A stretch of 63,886 bases of DNA, filler included, from an uncultured bacterium (GTDB taxonomy: Bacteria > DAOPZR01): the NCBI GenBank assembly GCA_964637655.1. It is 3 parts of 3 records of this genome, joined end to end, with 100 filler letters (N's around TTAATTAATTAA, not from the genome) between each part and the next. Parts side by side here need not be neighbours in the genome. Positions count along the whole stretch, not along the records: positions 1 to 25,258 come from CAZWUZ010000019.1; positions 25,359 to 50,528 come from CAZWUZ010000020.1; 1 more part is not named here. One strand, 5' to 3'. Position numbers and translations under genes: made by a program. The notes under the pieces were generated by a model. That model was not told the origin of the DNA. It worked only from the letters and a program-made list of their open reading frames with translations, and ran no database searches. Shown one piece after another: positions 20,266 through 29,572 of this stretch (position 1 is the stretch's first letter; the number at the start of each line of letters is the position of its first letter).

Positions 20266-21243
20266 CTATCTGCCGCCGCCAAAGAGCGAGCGGAAAAACG
20301 CCAGCACCTTTTCCCATAGCGACGCTGGAACAGGTGCCGCGGTTGCCTGCGTGCGCACATGCCTGATGCGCTGGTTGGTCCCGACATTGTCCACCCCGAA
20401 CAGGTCGGGGCGGAACGCCACCTCGACGCGGAAGGCGCCCGACTCATTGCGCAGCACCGCGTGCACGGGCGCTTCGAGCGACTGGTTGCGCCCCTCCCCC
20501 ACCCCGAGCGCCTCGAGATGCTTGCGATTTCCCTCGTGCCGGTTGGGGAAGTAGACGAAGACGCGGTCGCCCGGTTTCAATTCCGACACCGGCTTCCCCT
20601 TGATCGGGTCGATGACCATGCGCATCTCGATTTTGACCGCCTGCGCCTCGGCCGTGTCGGGCGAATGGCGGTACTTCCAGACCGTGACCGGAAAATTGCC
20701 CGGGTATTCCTCGAACTCGTCGCGGTTTTCCAGTTTTGCCAGCACCGTTTCGGAGACCAGCAGCTGCCCCGCCTTGCCCAGTTTCTGCAGGTGCCCGGCG
20801 ATATCAATCACCGTCGAGAATATCTTGTTGTCGCGGTTTGTATCGTCAACCAGCACTTTGCCGGCGTTGACCCCCAGGCGCAGCACAAACGGCTTGCCGA
20901 GCGTGTTGCGCGTCCGGTTGAACTCGGGCATCCCCTCGATAATCTCGATGGCCGCATCCACCGCCGCCTGCTCCGCGGCGAATTCCGCCATGATGCCGTC
21001 GCCCGACGTCGAAATCACCTTGCCGCCGTTGTTCGCCGTCACCCGCGCCGCGAAACTGTGGTACTCGCCGAAAGTGTAGAGCTGGTCCGACTCCTGCGCC
21101 CCCATCTTGAGTTTTGTGGAATCGACCACATCGATGGAAAGATAGGCAAAATGGCGGGTAAACCGCTCCTGGATGGTCTTCTCCAGTTCCCGCTGCTGGC
21201 GCACACACTCATCTAATGACAAATCCCGCTTGTCATCGGCCAT
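20266..21243 (-). CDS. Class III nucleotidyl cyclase domain protein with extra C-terminal domain
   Basis: SIDVVDST, SGDGIMAEF and LRLGVNAG motifs. Confidence 0.8.
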   Translation of the reverse strand: MADDKRDLSLDECVRQQRELEKTIQERFTRHFAYLSIDVVDSTKLKMGAQESDQLYTFGEYHSFAARVTANNGGKVISTSGDGIMAEFAAEQAAVDAAIEIIEGMPEFNRTRNTLGKPFVLRLGVNAGKVLVDDTNRDNKIFSTVIDIAGHLQKLGKAGQLLVSETVLAKLENRDEFEEYPGNFPVTVWKYRHSPDTAEAQAVKIEMRMVIDPIKGKPVSELKPGDRVFVYFPNRHEGNRKHLEALGVGEGRNQSLEAPVHAVLRNESGAFRVEVAFRPDLFGVDNVGTNQRIRHVRTQATAAPVPASLWEKVLAFFRSLFGGGR

Positions 21244-21269
21244 GTCTATCCCCCGTTTGCAGCAGTTAT

Positions 21270-21298
21270 ATTATATCGCAGCCGGTTATGCGTGTCAA
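21270..21298 (-). promoter_or_regulatory. Consensus sigma70 promoter for the cyclase gene
   Basis: TTGACA-17 nt-TATAAT on the minus strand, a perfect match. Confidence 0.85.
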
Positions 21299-21363
21299 CC
21301 GCACGGAGGCGGTGTGTGCCGCAGCCGCCATGGAGGGCAGCGGCTGCGACCAACCGGGCGGGG

Positions 21364-22239
21364 TCATGCCGGAAAGCGCCCGTCCACCGCCGCCAGGCAC
21401 TCGCGCGGCACCGGGTGGCGCGCAGCCAGCGCCGCACGGCAGCCGAAAATACCCTCCCACCAGCCGCGCAGCCACGCCAGCGGCTGCCCGCTGCGCACAC
21501 CCAGCAGCAGCGAACGCAGTTTCCAGCGCAGCAGCTTGCCGAAGGCAACGTTCCACGGGAAGTTGCGGATGACATACCAGCAGGTATTGCGTGTCACCAG
21601 GTACACGAAGCGCGCATCACTGCGCACGCGCGGCGAGCGCCGGTGCAGCGCGGTGCACCGCGGCAGATAGCGCACCTCATGTCCCGCCGCGATGAGGCGC
21701 GTGCAGAGGTCACGCTCCTCGACATAGACCTGGTAGGGCTCCCAGAACCCGCCGATGGCCAGCACCGCCTCCTTGCGGAAGGCCGCGCCGCAGGTCATCA
21801 GCGCGGGGGACAGGTAGCCGCTCTCTTCGTTCCCCCGTTTTTTCCAGGCGAACCACGGTTCCTCGCTGCCATCCGCCAGCAGGATGCGGAACCCGACCGC
21901 AGCGAGTCGCGGCTGCCGGGCAAACAGCGCCGGCAGTTCCGCCAGCACGTCCGCGCTGACCGTCGAATCGTCATCGAGTGTGACGACAAGGTCATGCCGG
22001 GCCGCGGCGATTCCCTGATTGCGCCCCCCCGTGCCGCGATTTTCCGGGTTGGCGATGAGGCATACCTGCGGATACTCCGCCCGCACCATGCCGGCGCTGC
22101 CGTCAGTCGAAGCGTTATCCACCACAATAATATCGTCGAGCCCGGCTATCGCGCTCATCTGCCGCAGCGTCTCACGCAGGTCGGCGCAGCGGTTGTGCGA
22201 GAGGATAACGACCGTCAGGCTCAGCGCTTCAGTCGTCAT
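21364..22239 (-). CDS. Glycosyltransferase family 2
   Basis: IIVVDNASTDG, LDDD, GGFWE and EERDL motifs. Confidence 0.9.
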   Translation of the reverse strand: MTTEALSLTVVILSHNRCADLRETLRQMSAIAGLDDIIVVDNASTDGSAGMVRAEYPQVCLIANPENRGTGGRNQGIAAARHDLVVTLDDDSTVSADVLAELPALFARQPRLAAVGFRILLADGSEEPWFAWKKRGNEESGYLSPALMTCGAAFRKEAVLAIGGFWEPYQVYVEERDLCTRLIAAGHEVRYLPRCTALHRRSPRVRSDARFVYLVTRNTCWYVIRNFPWNVAFGKLLRWKLRSLLLGVRSGQPLAWLRGWWEGIFGCRAALAARHPVPRECLAAVDGRFPA

Positions 22240-23011
22240 TGAATCCCTCGCGCGGCAGCGTCGGGATATGGAACAGCATGCGGATGACCTGCGCGTGCCG
22301 CGTGATCATGTTGTCGCGGTGGCGCTGCGCCTGCTGCTGCAATCGCTGCGCCGGCACCGTGTCGCCCGTCGCCGCATGCGCCGCCGCCAGCACCGCGCAG
22401 ATAACCGCCGCGTCCTCGGGGCGCTTTCCCCCCACCGCCAGTGCCGGGGTCAGTTCTGCGATGGCGGTCTGCCACTGCCCTGTGCGCTGCAGAAACTCCG
22501 CATAGTAGCGGTAGGCGGGCGTATAGCGCACATCCTTGCGCAGCGCGAGACGGTACGCCTCCTGCGCCGCGGCAGGGAAACTGTCTTCCCAGTTGCGCGC
22601 CCGGTTGAGCAGTTCCCCCTCACTGCGCTCGCGCCAGTCGGGTTCCTCCGCCGGCCACGGCGTTGTCACCCGCGCCCGTTGCGGGAATTCCTCCCCGCCC
22701 GCGATCATCCGCCGCGGATCCAGTTCTGCCATCGCGAAAGCAGAGATATCCGGAATACCGCCTTGCGTCTGTCGGCGGCGCTGCTCCGCCGCTGCTGTGT
22801 CTCCATGCCTTTCGTAGAGTGATATTTCCATCTGCCACGAAGGCGTCCATGTTTTAGCGATGCCGTATTGCTGCCAGAAGTAGGGATCCGCCAAACTTAA
22901 TTGCGGGTCCGCATCACTATTTGCATTACTTGTCGGGTCTGTCCTGAAAAATGCCAGCCGCCGGTAATAATCGTAGACGGGATGCCAATCATCCAGTTGG
23001 CAGGTCAGCAT
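22229..23011 (-). CDS. TPR-like helical protein; probably the 3' part of the upstream gene
   Basis: AQEAYRLAL...YTPAYRYYAEFLQRTGQWQTAI TPR pattern; in frame with 23033-24553. Confidence 0.6.
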   Translation of the reverse strand: MLTCQLDDWHPVYDYYRRLAFFRTDPTSNANSDADPQLSLADPYFWQQYGIAKTWTPSWQMEISLYERHGDTAAAEQRRRQTQGGIPDISAFAMAELDPRRMIAGGEEFPQRARVTTPWPAEEPDWRERSEGELLNRARNWEDSFPAAAQEAYRLALRKDVRYTPAYRYYAEFLQRTGQWQTAIAELTPALAVGGKRPEDAAVICAVLAAAHAATGDTVPAQRLQQQAQRHRDNMITRHAQVIRMLFHIPTLPREGFNDD

Positions 23012-23032
23012 AAATAATGATTTTGCCTCCTG

Positions 23033-24553
23033 TCATTGCCCGTCGCGTGCCATTGAAAGTCCCCGCACATACGCGCTGTACGCGGCTGCCGGCACAACAA
23101 CCATCGTTGCCAGCAGCATCAGGAGCATGGCGATGCTAAGGTAGCGTATCTGCGTTGTCAGCATTTCCTTTCGCCACAGCCCGACGATTTTCCTTTTCCA
23201 CGACCCTGCCATACCGAGCACGAATATCCCGACTATGATCAACCCGCGTGTTTGCGCACTGCGGAATCCGAGCCACTCCAGTTTATGCCAGAAAACTGCA
23301 ACAAGCAGCAGCGCGGCCACCCACATTGGGAGCCGCTCCTTTGTCAGACGCAGCAGGCAGACAAAAAAAACATAGGCCATCAGCGGCAGCCACAGCAGGT
23401 AGTCAAATTGATTAGCCACAACCAGAATCAGGAATTGCGACCGCTGCAGGATTTCTTCCGAGCAGGATGTTCCGCTTATTCGTCCCCAGAATCCGCTGAA
23501 GATAAGCAGAATACCGAGCAGTGTCAGCGGAATACCGCCCCCCATCAGCCATTCGCTGATGACATTATGGGTATGTAATTGCCACTTATTGAGTTTTGCA
23601 AACCGCGGATAGATATATCCCCATTGGCCTATACCGCGCCCGCGAAACCATGTTTCAATTTCCCATGAAGAACTGCCGTCATCAACCGCTATCAGGCGCT
23701 GTTCGCCGCAAAGCAGGCGCGCAAACACCGCATCTAAAATATCAACACGCTCGATATTACTCGGATGCTGCGGGTCAATAAATGAATGCAGCCGCGCGCG
23801 GGTCGCGGGAACAACCAGCAACACCAGCACGATCGCGGTCAGCAGCACCAGCAATTTCGCCCGCTGTCCGCGGAATGATAGGTACCACCACACAGCAAAA
23901 CCAATACCTGCTGTCAGCCACGCATTGCGCGAATAGGTCAGCAACAGTCCCGCCAGCAGCAGCGGCAGTGCCAGCAGCCCCAGGCGGCGGTCGCGCGCAT
24001 CCGCGATGGCCGCAGCAACCGCCGGCACACACACCGCCAGCAGCACACCGAGCACATTGGAGTTTCCCGGCAGGCCAATGAGGTTGATTCGCCATCCTTC
24101 CGCACCGAAACTGCGCAGGTTGCGCACCAATTCAGGTACCGCAGTCACCACCAGTAGCACCACCAGTGCCAGCCACCAGCGCCGCGACGGATAGTTGTGC
24201 AGCAGCGCATGTCCGACAAGCGCCGCGACCGCTGCCGTACCCCAGGTCAGTAATTCCTGATGTGCAAGATATACGCAGCCTGAGATCCCCGAGTGCCAAC
24301 CGCTGTATGCTCCCCACACAAAAAACGCCGTGAGCAGCAATAGTTGTGCCCGTTGTACCATGAGGTTGCCGCGCAGCAGCACGCAAGCCAGCGCGATGAT
24401 AACGCATCCGCGCGCGGTCAGTTGGACCGGATGCGACAGGCCGCCCTGCCCGGCAAACAGCCAGAGCGCGACCGCGGCCAGCAGCAGAACTGCCGCACAC
24501 CGGCGCAGCAGCGGTGAATCGTTTACCGCAACAGCAGCAGGGGCGCTCTCCAT
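23033..24553 (-). CDS. O-antigen ligase (Wzy_C) family membrane protein, ending at a possibly premature TGA
   Basis: Many TM segments; GNSNVLG, LTYSRNAW, R..I..GRGIG and HTHN motifs. Confidence 0.75.
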   Translation of the reverse strand: MESAPAAVAVNDSPLLRRCAAVLLLAAVALWLFAGQGGLSHPVQLTARGCVIIALACVLLRGNLMVQRAQLLLLTAFFVWGAYSGWHSGISGCVYLAHQELLTWGTAAVAALVGHALLHNYPSRRWWLALVVLLVVTAVPELVRNLRSFGAEGWRINLIGLPGNSNVLGVLLAVCVPAVAAAIADARDRRLGLLALPLLLAGLLLTYSRNAWLTAGIGFAVWWYLSFRGQRAKLLVLLTAIVLVLLVVPATRARLHSFIDPQHPSNIERVDILDAVFARLLCGEQRLIAVDDGSSSWEIETWFRGRGIGQWGYIYPRFAKLNKWQLHTHNVISEWLMGGGIPLTLLGILLIFSGFWGRISGTSCSEEILQRSQFLILVVANQFDYLLWLPLMAYVFFVCLLRLTKERLPMWVAALLLVAVFWHKLEWLGFRSAQTRGLIIVGIFVLGMAGSWKRKIVGLWRKEMLTTQIRYLSIAMLLMLLATMVVVPAAAYSAYVRGLSMARDGQ

Positions 24554-24897
24554 CAGTCGGGGAATACCAGGCGCCTGAGCGTGGCGAGACCGAACTTCAG
24601 GTAGTTGGCGAACTGCGCCGGGCCCGCGCTGCGCAGCGTGCGCACGATATACCGCGGACGCAGGTAGAAGCGCAGCAGCGCGCGGCGCCGCAGTTTTTCC
24701 ACTTCGACACCCGATAAATGGCGCGTGCGCAGCGCGGGATGCGCATGGTCATAGGTGCCGTCGGCCGATTTCTGCCACAACCCCTCCTCCTCGACGATGC
24801 GGAAGAGTTCCGTGCCGGGAAACGGCACCGCGATATGGAACTCGGCAAAATCGCTGTCGAGTTCACGTGCGAGGCGCTTGAGGAGCTGTTGAAACAC
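24553..24897 (-). pseudogene. Chimeric remnant: nucleotidyltransferase-like start fused to the C-terminus of a B12-type radical SAM protein
   Basis: ARELDSDFAEFHIAVPFPGTELF...RFYLRP is a class B radical SAM tail; no CxxxCxxC motif. Confidence 0.6.
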
Positions 24898-25084
24898 GGT
24901 TCACCGCCTGGGCCAGCCTGATGTCGTGTTCAATCCCTTCAAGGGGATCCTTCGGAGGGAAGAGCCCGAGCGCGCGGGCCTGTTCGTAGAGCGCATCGAG
25001 CAGCCGGAATCGGAGCTCCAGATCCAGGTGTTCCTGGCGGGCATACGCATCTTCGAATTGACGCCATGTCGATCGGTCACGCAT
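24863..25084 (-). CDS. Small hypothetical protein (LGLFPPKDPLEGIE family), usually upstream of a nucleotidyltransferase
   Basis: Motif recognised from memory; overlaps the next start codon. Confidence 0.55.
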   Translation of the reverse strand: MRDRSTWRQFEDAYARQEHLDLELRFRLLDALYEQARALGLFPPKDPLEGIEHDIRLAQAVNRVSTAPQAPRT

Positions 25085-25258
25085 CCGGATACTGTCTACC
25101 ACCGCTGCGGACCGGAAGCAATCCAGCACTGAAGACACCGCCGGCATGACTCGACCTGGTCGTAGCTGCGGGCCAAGACGCTACGCCGTCTTGAGTCCCC
25201 ACAGCCTCCCCAGCGCTGATTCGTAGCGCTTCGCGATCTCCGGCCCCGGGGGGAGCTC

Positions 25259-25358
25259 NNNNNNNNNNNNNNNNNNNNNNNNNNNNNNNNNNNNNNNNNN
25301 NNTTAATTAATTAANNNNNNNNNNNNNNNNNNNNNNNNNNNNNNNNNNNNNNNNNNNN
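25259..25358. other. Artificial contig linker
   Basis: 44 N + TTAATTAATTAA (stops in all six frames) + 44 N. Confidence 0.98.
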
Positions 25359-25504
25359 ACCGTCGTCGCGGTATGCTATAAGCGCACTGTCAACGCCATA
25401 CCGCTGTCCGCAGTCAGGGAGTATCCGCAGCCACTTCGGCATTCCCGACCGGCAACCGCCACGGGCCACTGCCCGCCGGCGCGGGGTGTGAGAGGACGGG
25501 AACC

Positions 25505-27331
25505 ATGTCAGTACCGATTCGCAACATTGCCATTATCGCGCACGTCGACCACGGCAAGACGACGCTGGTCGACGCCCTGCTGCGGCAGAGCGGCACCTTC
25601 GGGGCGCGCAGCACGCCGCAGGACCGGGTCATGGACTCGATGGACCTCGAGCGCGAGCGCGGCATCACCATCGCCGCCAAGAACTGCACGCTGCGCTGGG
25701 AGGAGCTGACCATCAACATCGTCGACACGCCCGGGCACGCCGATTTCGGCGGCGAGGTCGAGCGCATCCTGACCATGGTCGACGGCGCGCTGCTCCTCGT
25801 CGATGCCGCCGAGGGTCCGCTGCCGCAGACCCGCTTCGTCCTGCGCAAGGCGATGGCCGCCGGCCTGGCGCTGATCATCGTCGTCAACAAGATCGACCGC
25901 AAGGACATCCGCATCCGCGAAGTGGAGAACGAGATCCTCGAACTGCTGCTCGACTGCGACGCCGACGACACCACCCTCGATTCCCCCTTCATCTACGCCA
26001 TCGCGCGCGACGGGGTGGCCACCACCGACATGGAGATCACCCCGGTCGACATGCAGCCGCTGTTCCGCGCCATCCGCGACCATATCCCGCCGCCGCCCAT
26101 CGACGCGCAGGCGCCGCTCTCGCTCACCGTCAGCAACCTCGACTACTCCGACTACGTCGGGCGGCTCGCCATCGGGCGGATGAAATCGGGACAGGTGGCG
26201 GTCGGCGACACGGTCATGGTCGTCGGTGACGGCACCACCGCCACCGGCAAGGTGACACGCCTCTACGGCTACGACGGGCTCAACCGCGTGGAACTGCCGC
26301 GCGCCGAGGCGGGGATGATCATCGCCCTCGCCGGGCTGAGCGAACTGGCCATCGGCGACACCATCACCGACCCGGCGCACCCGTTGCCGCAGCCGCGCAT
26401 CACGGTCGAGGAACCGACGGTAGCGATGGTCTTCGCCGCCAATTCCTCCCCCTTCGCCGGGCGCGAGGGGAAGTTTGTCACCAGCCGCCAGGTGCATGAG
26501 CGCCTGCACAAGGAATCGCTGCGCAATGTCTCCATCCGCGTCTACCCGGGCGATACTCCCGACCAGCTGGTGGTCGCCGGGCGCGGCGAACTGCAGCTCT
26601 CGGTCATCATCGAGACAATGCGGCGCGAAGGGTACGAACTCGAGGTCGGCCGGCCGCGCGTCATCGAGAAGACGGTGGACGGGAAGCGCTGCGAGCCCTA
26701 CGAGAGCGTGGTCATCGACGTTCCCGCCATGCACATCGGCACCGTCACGGAACTGCTTTCCTCGCGCCGCGGGGTCATGCTGCGCACCAGCGACAGCGGG
26801 CACAACCGCGTGCGGCTCGAGTTCCGCATCCCCTCGCGCGGCCTCATCGGCATCCGCTCGCACTTTCTCACCGAGACGCGCGGCACGGGCATCATGCATT
26901 CCGTGTTCGACGGCTACGCGCCCGCCGCGGGCGAGGTGCGCGCGCGCACCAGCGGCGCGCTCGTCGCCGACCGCGAGGGGAACAGCACCGGCTACGCCAT
27001 CGCCAACCTCGAGCCGCGCGGCCGCCTCTTCGTCGGCCCGACCGAGCCCTGCTACGGCGGGATGGTCGTCGGTGAGCACGCCAAGGAGAACGATCTCGAC
27101 GTCTGGATCGGGCGGCCCAAGAAACAGACCAACATGCGCTCGTCCACTGCGGATGAGACCATCGTCCTCACCCCGCCGCTGCGCCACACGCTGGAGACGG
27201 CGATGGAGTGGATTAACGACGACGAACTGATCGAGGTCACGCCGCAGGGCATCCGCCTGCGCAAGCGCTGGCTCGACCCCAACGACCGCAAGCGCGCGGT
27301 CCGCGCCGCCGAACGCGACAGCACCGCCTGA
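25505..27331 (+). CDS. typA: Translational GTPase TypA/BipA
   Basis: [27 protein letters not shown] and EVTP..IRLRK motifs. Confidence 0.98.
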   Translation: MSVPIRNIAIIAHVDHGKTTLVDALLRQSGTFGARSTPQDRVMDSMDLERERGITIAAKNCTLRWEELTINIVDTPGHADFGGEVERILTMVDGALLLVDAAEGPLPQTRFVLRKAMAAGLALIIVVNKIDRKDIRIREVENEILELLLDCDADDTTLDSPFIYAIARDGVATTDMEITPVDMQPLFRAIRDHIPPPPIDAQAPLSLTVSNLDYSDYVGRLAIGRMKSGQVAVGDTVMVVGDGTTATGKVTRLYGYDGLNRVELPRAEAGMIIALAGLSELAIGDTITDPAHPLPQPRITVEEPTVAMVFAANSSPFAGREGKFVTSRQVHERLHKESLRNVSIRVYPGDTPDQLVVAGRGELQLSVIIETMRREGYELEVGRPRVIEKTVDGKRCEPYESVVIDVPAMHIGTVTELLSSRRGVMLRTSDSGHNRVRLEFRIPSRGLIGIRSHFLTETRGTGIMHSVFDGYAPAAGEVRARTSGALVADREGNSTGYAIANLEPRGRLFVGPTEPCYGGMVVGEHAKENDLDVWIGRPKKQTNMRSSTADETIVLTPPLRHTLETAMEWINDDELIEVTPQGIRLRKRWLDPNDRKRAVRAAERDSTA

Positions 27332-27433
27332 CCCCGCATTGACGCGCGCGCGCCGCGTCTGCTACGATGCGCGTGAGGGTGGCGACGGCAATTTCCGGCC
27401 ATTACCGCCGCCCGACCGCAAAGGGGTTCTGCC

Positions 27434-29539
27434 ATGACCGGAACATGCCCGTCGTATCTCCGCCCGCTGCTCTGCCTGGCCGCCATCGCCGCGGTCCTGG
27501 CGCTGCTGCACGCGGGCGTGCCGCACGGGGTGGCCGCGGTGCCGGCGCCGGCTGCCCCGCCCGTGTCCGATACCCCGGTGCTGACCATGCGCGTCGTCTC
27601 CGGTGCCGGGCAGTACGGCCACCGCGACAGCATTCTCAGCGAGCCGGTGGTGGTCAGCGTCACCGACAGCGCGGGTACTCCCGTCCCCGGCATTGCCCTC
27701 TCCTTTGTCGTCCTCGAGGGCGCTTCCGGGCCCGTCGAGCGCGATATCCGCACCCATGCTGACGGCACCGCCCGCTTCTTCTGGCGTCTCGGCAACAGCG
27801 AGGGCGAACAACTGCTGCTCGTGCGCGCCCCCGGCACGCTCATCGAACCGGTGACTGTTGCCGCGGTCGCCAACCACCCCTACTGGCTGCTCTTCCTCGC
27901 GTTCGGCATGCTCGGCGGTCTTGGCGTGTTCCTCTACGGCATGGAGTTCATGGGCGCCGGCCTGCAGAAATGGGCCGGGGCGCGCCTGCGCGCCATCCTC
28001 GCGGCGCTCACCCGCAACCGCGTCATCGGGCTTTTCGTCGGCCTCTTCGTCACCGCCGTCATCCAGTCGTCATCCGCCACCACGGTGATGCTCGTCGGTT
28101 TCACCAATGCCGGGCTGATGTCGCTGGCGCAGGCGATCGGGGTCATCCTCGGCGCTGATATCGGCACCACGGTCACCGCGCAGATCGTCGCCTTCAAACT
28201 CACCGATTACGCGCTCGCCTTCGTCGGCGTCGGCTTCCTCATCTACCTGTTCGGCGGCAAGAACCAGAACCTCAAGTACGGCGGGCAGGTGCTGCTCGGC
28301 TTCGGCTTTCTCTTCTTCGGCCTGAAGATCATGTCCGACGTGCTCCACCCGCTGCGCGCCTACCCGCCGTTCATCGACCTGCTCAAGAACGCGGAGAACC
28401 CGTACGTCGGGCTGCTCGTCGCCACGCTCTTCACCTCGATCGTGCAGTCGTCGTCAGCCACCACCTCGCTCGTCGTCATGCTCGCCGCGCAGGGGTTCTT
28501 CGACCTGCGCAGCGCCATCCCACTGATCTTCGGCGCCAATATCGGCACCTGCGTCACCGCCGCCATCGCCACCATCGGCACCACGCGCGAGGCCAAGCGG
28601 GTCGCCGTCGCGCACTACACCTTCAAGTTCGCCGGCGTGCTCCTCTTCTGGTTCCTCGTCGAGCCGCTGGCGCTTGCCACCGAGTGGCTCTCCGTCCAGT
28701 TCGCCGGTGCCACTGCGACCACCGTGCGTGACGTCGCCTTCCTGCCGCGCCAGGTGGCTAACGCCCACACCATCTTCAATGTCGCCATGGCGCTCATCTT
28801 CCTGCCGTGGACCCACCTTTTCGAGAAACTTATCTACCGCCTGCTCCCCGAACAGCTCCGGCCTGAGGCGGCCTTCCGCCCGAAGCATCTCGACCCGGCC
28901 CTGCTCGCCACCCCCGAACTCGCCATCGCCGCGGCCGAACAGGAGGTGGCGCGCTCCGGCGACATCGCCCGCACCATGACCGCGAACGTGCTGCAGGGGT
29001 TCCGCCGCCGCGACCTCGCCTTCGTGCAGGAAGTTATTGCCGAGGACGACAAGATTGACATTCTCGACACAGCGGGGCGCAGCTACCTGGCCCGGCTCGC
29101 CGGTGAAAACCTCATCCCGGAACAGGCGCAGCGCTGCAGCGAACTGTTCATTATCAGCAACGAGTGGGAGCATATCGGGGACGTCATTTCCAAGGACATG
29201 ATGCCGCTGGTGCAGCGGCTCATCGACAGCAACCTCTACTTTTCCGAGGAGGGGTGGATGGAACTGCGCGAGTACCACGCGGCGGTGGAACAGGTGGTGG
29301 CCGACGCCGTCACCGCCTTCCGCACCCGCGACACCGGGCTGGCCACCGACCTGCGCAACCGCAAGCCGGTGCTCGTGCGCCGCGAGAAGGAGTTGCGCCG
29401 CGCCCACCTGCGCCGCCTGCACGGCGGCAACGAGCGCGAGGTGGCCACCAGCGAAATCTATCTCGACCTGATGACCGGCTACGCGCGCATCCTGTCATAC
29501 GCGACCAGCGCCGCCTACGCCACGCTCGGGGAGGTCTGA
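27434..29539 (+). CDS. Na+/Pi cotransporter family protein with N-terminal Ig-like domain and C-terminal PhoU domains
   Basis: Two QSSSATT repeats, GADIGTT / GANIGTC, VANAHTIFN, helical PhoU tail. Confidence 0.9.
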   Translation: MTGTCPSYLRPLLCLAAIAAVLALLHAGVPHGVAAVPAPAAPPVSDTPVLTMRVVSGAGQYGHRDSILSEPVVVSVTDSAGTPVPGIALSFVVLEGASGPVERDIRTHADGTARFFWRLGNSEGEQLLLVRAPGTLIEPVTVAAVANHPYWLLFLAFGMLGGLGVFLYGMEFMGAGLQKWAGARLRAILAALTRNRVIGLFVGLFVTAVIQSSSATTVMLVGFTNAGLMSLAQAIGVILGADIGTTVTAQIVAFKLTDYALAFVGVGFLIYLFGGKNQNLKYGGQVLLGFGFLFFGLKIMSDVLHPLRAYPPFIDLLKNAENPYVGLLVATLFTSIVQSSSATTSLVVMLAAQGFFDLRSAIPLIFGANIGTCVTAAIATIGTTREAKRVAVAHYTFKFAGVLLFWFLVEPLALATEWLSVQFAGATATTVRDVAFLPRQVANAHTIFNVAMALIFLPWTHLFEKLIYRLLPEQLRPEAAFRPKHLDPALLATPELAIAAAEQEVARSGDIARTMTANVLQGFRRRDLAFVQEVIAEDDKIDILDTAGRSYLARLAGENLIPEQAQRCSELFIISNEWEHIGDVISKDMMPLVQRLIDSNLYFSEEGWMELREYHAAVEQVVADAVTAFRTRDTGLATDLRNRKPVLVRREKELRRAHLRRLHGGNEREVATSEIYLDLMTGYARILSYATSAAYATLGEV

Positions 29540-29572
29540 CGCCGGCAGGCGCGCGGCCATGGGGGGACACCC

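Noticed and set aside
25181-25258. Minus-strand frame ELPPGPEIAKRYESALGRLWGLKTA* at the contig end
   Set aside because: Possibly a gene tail, but too short to assign.
25259-25358. TTAATTAATTAA palindrome within Ns (also 50529-50628)
   Set aside because: Identical 100-nt pads with stops in all six frames; an assembly-concatenation artefact.
27339-27433. Possible riboswitch in the leader of the Na+/Pi cotransporter
   Set aside because: A plausible promoter (TTGACG-18-TACGAT) is present, but I recognise no aptamer consensus; an Rfam scan would be needed.
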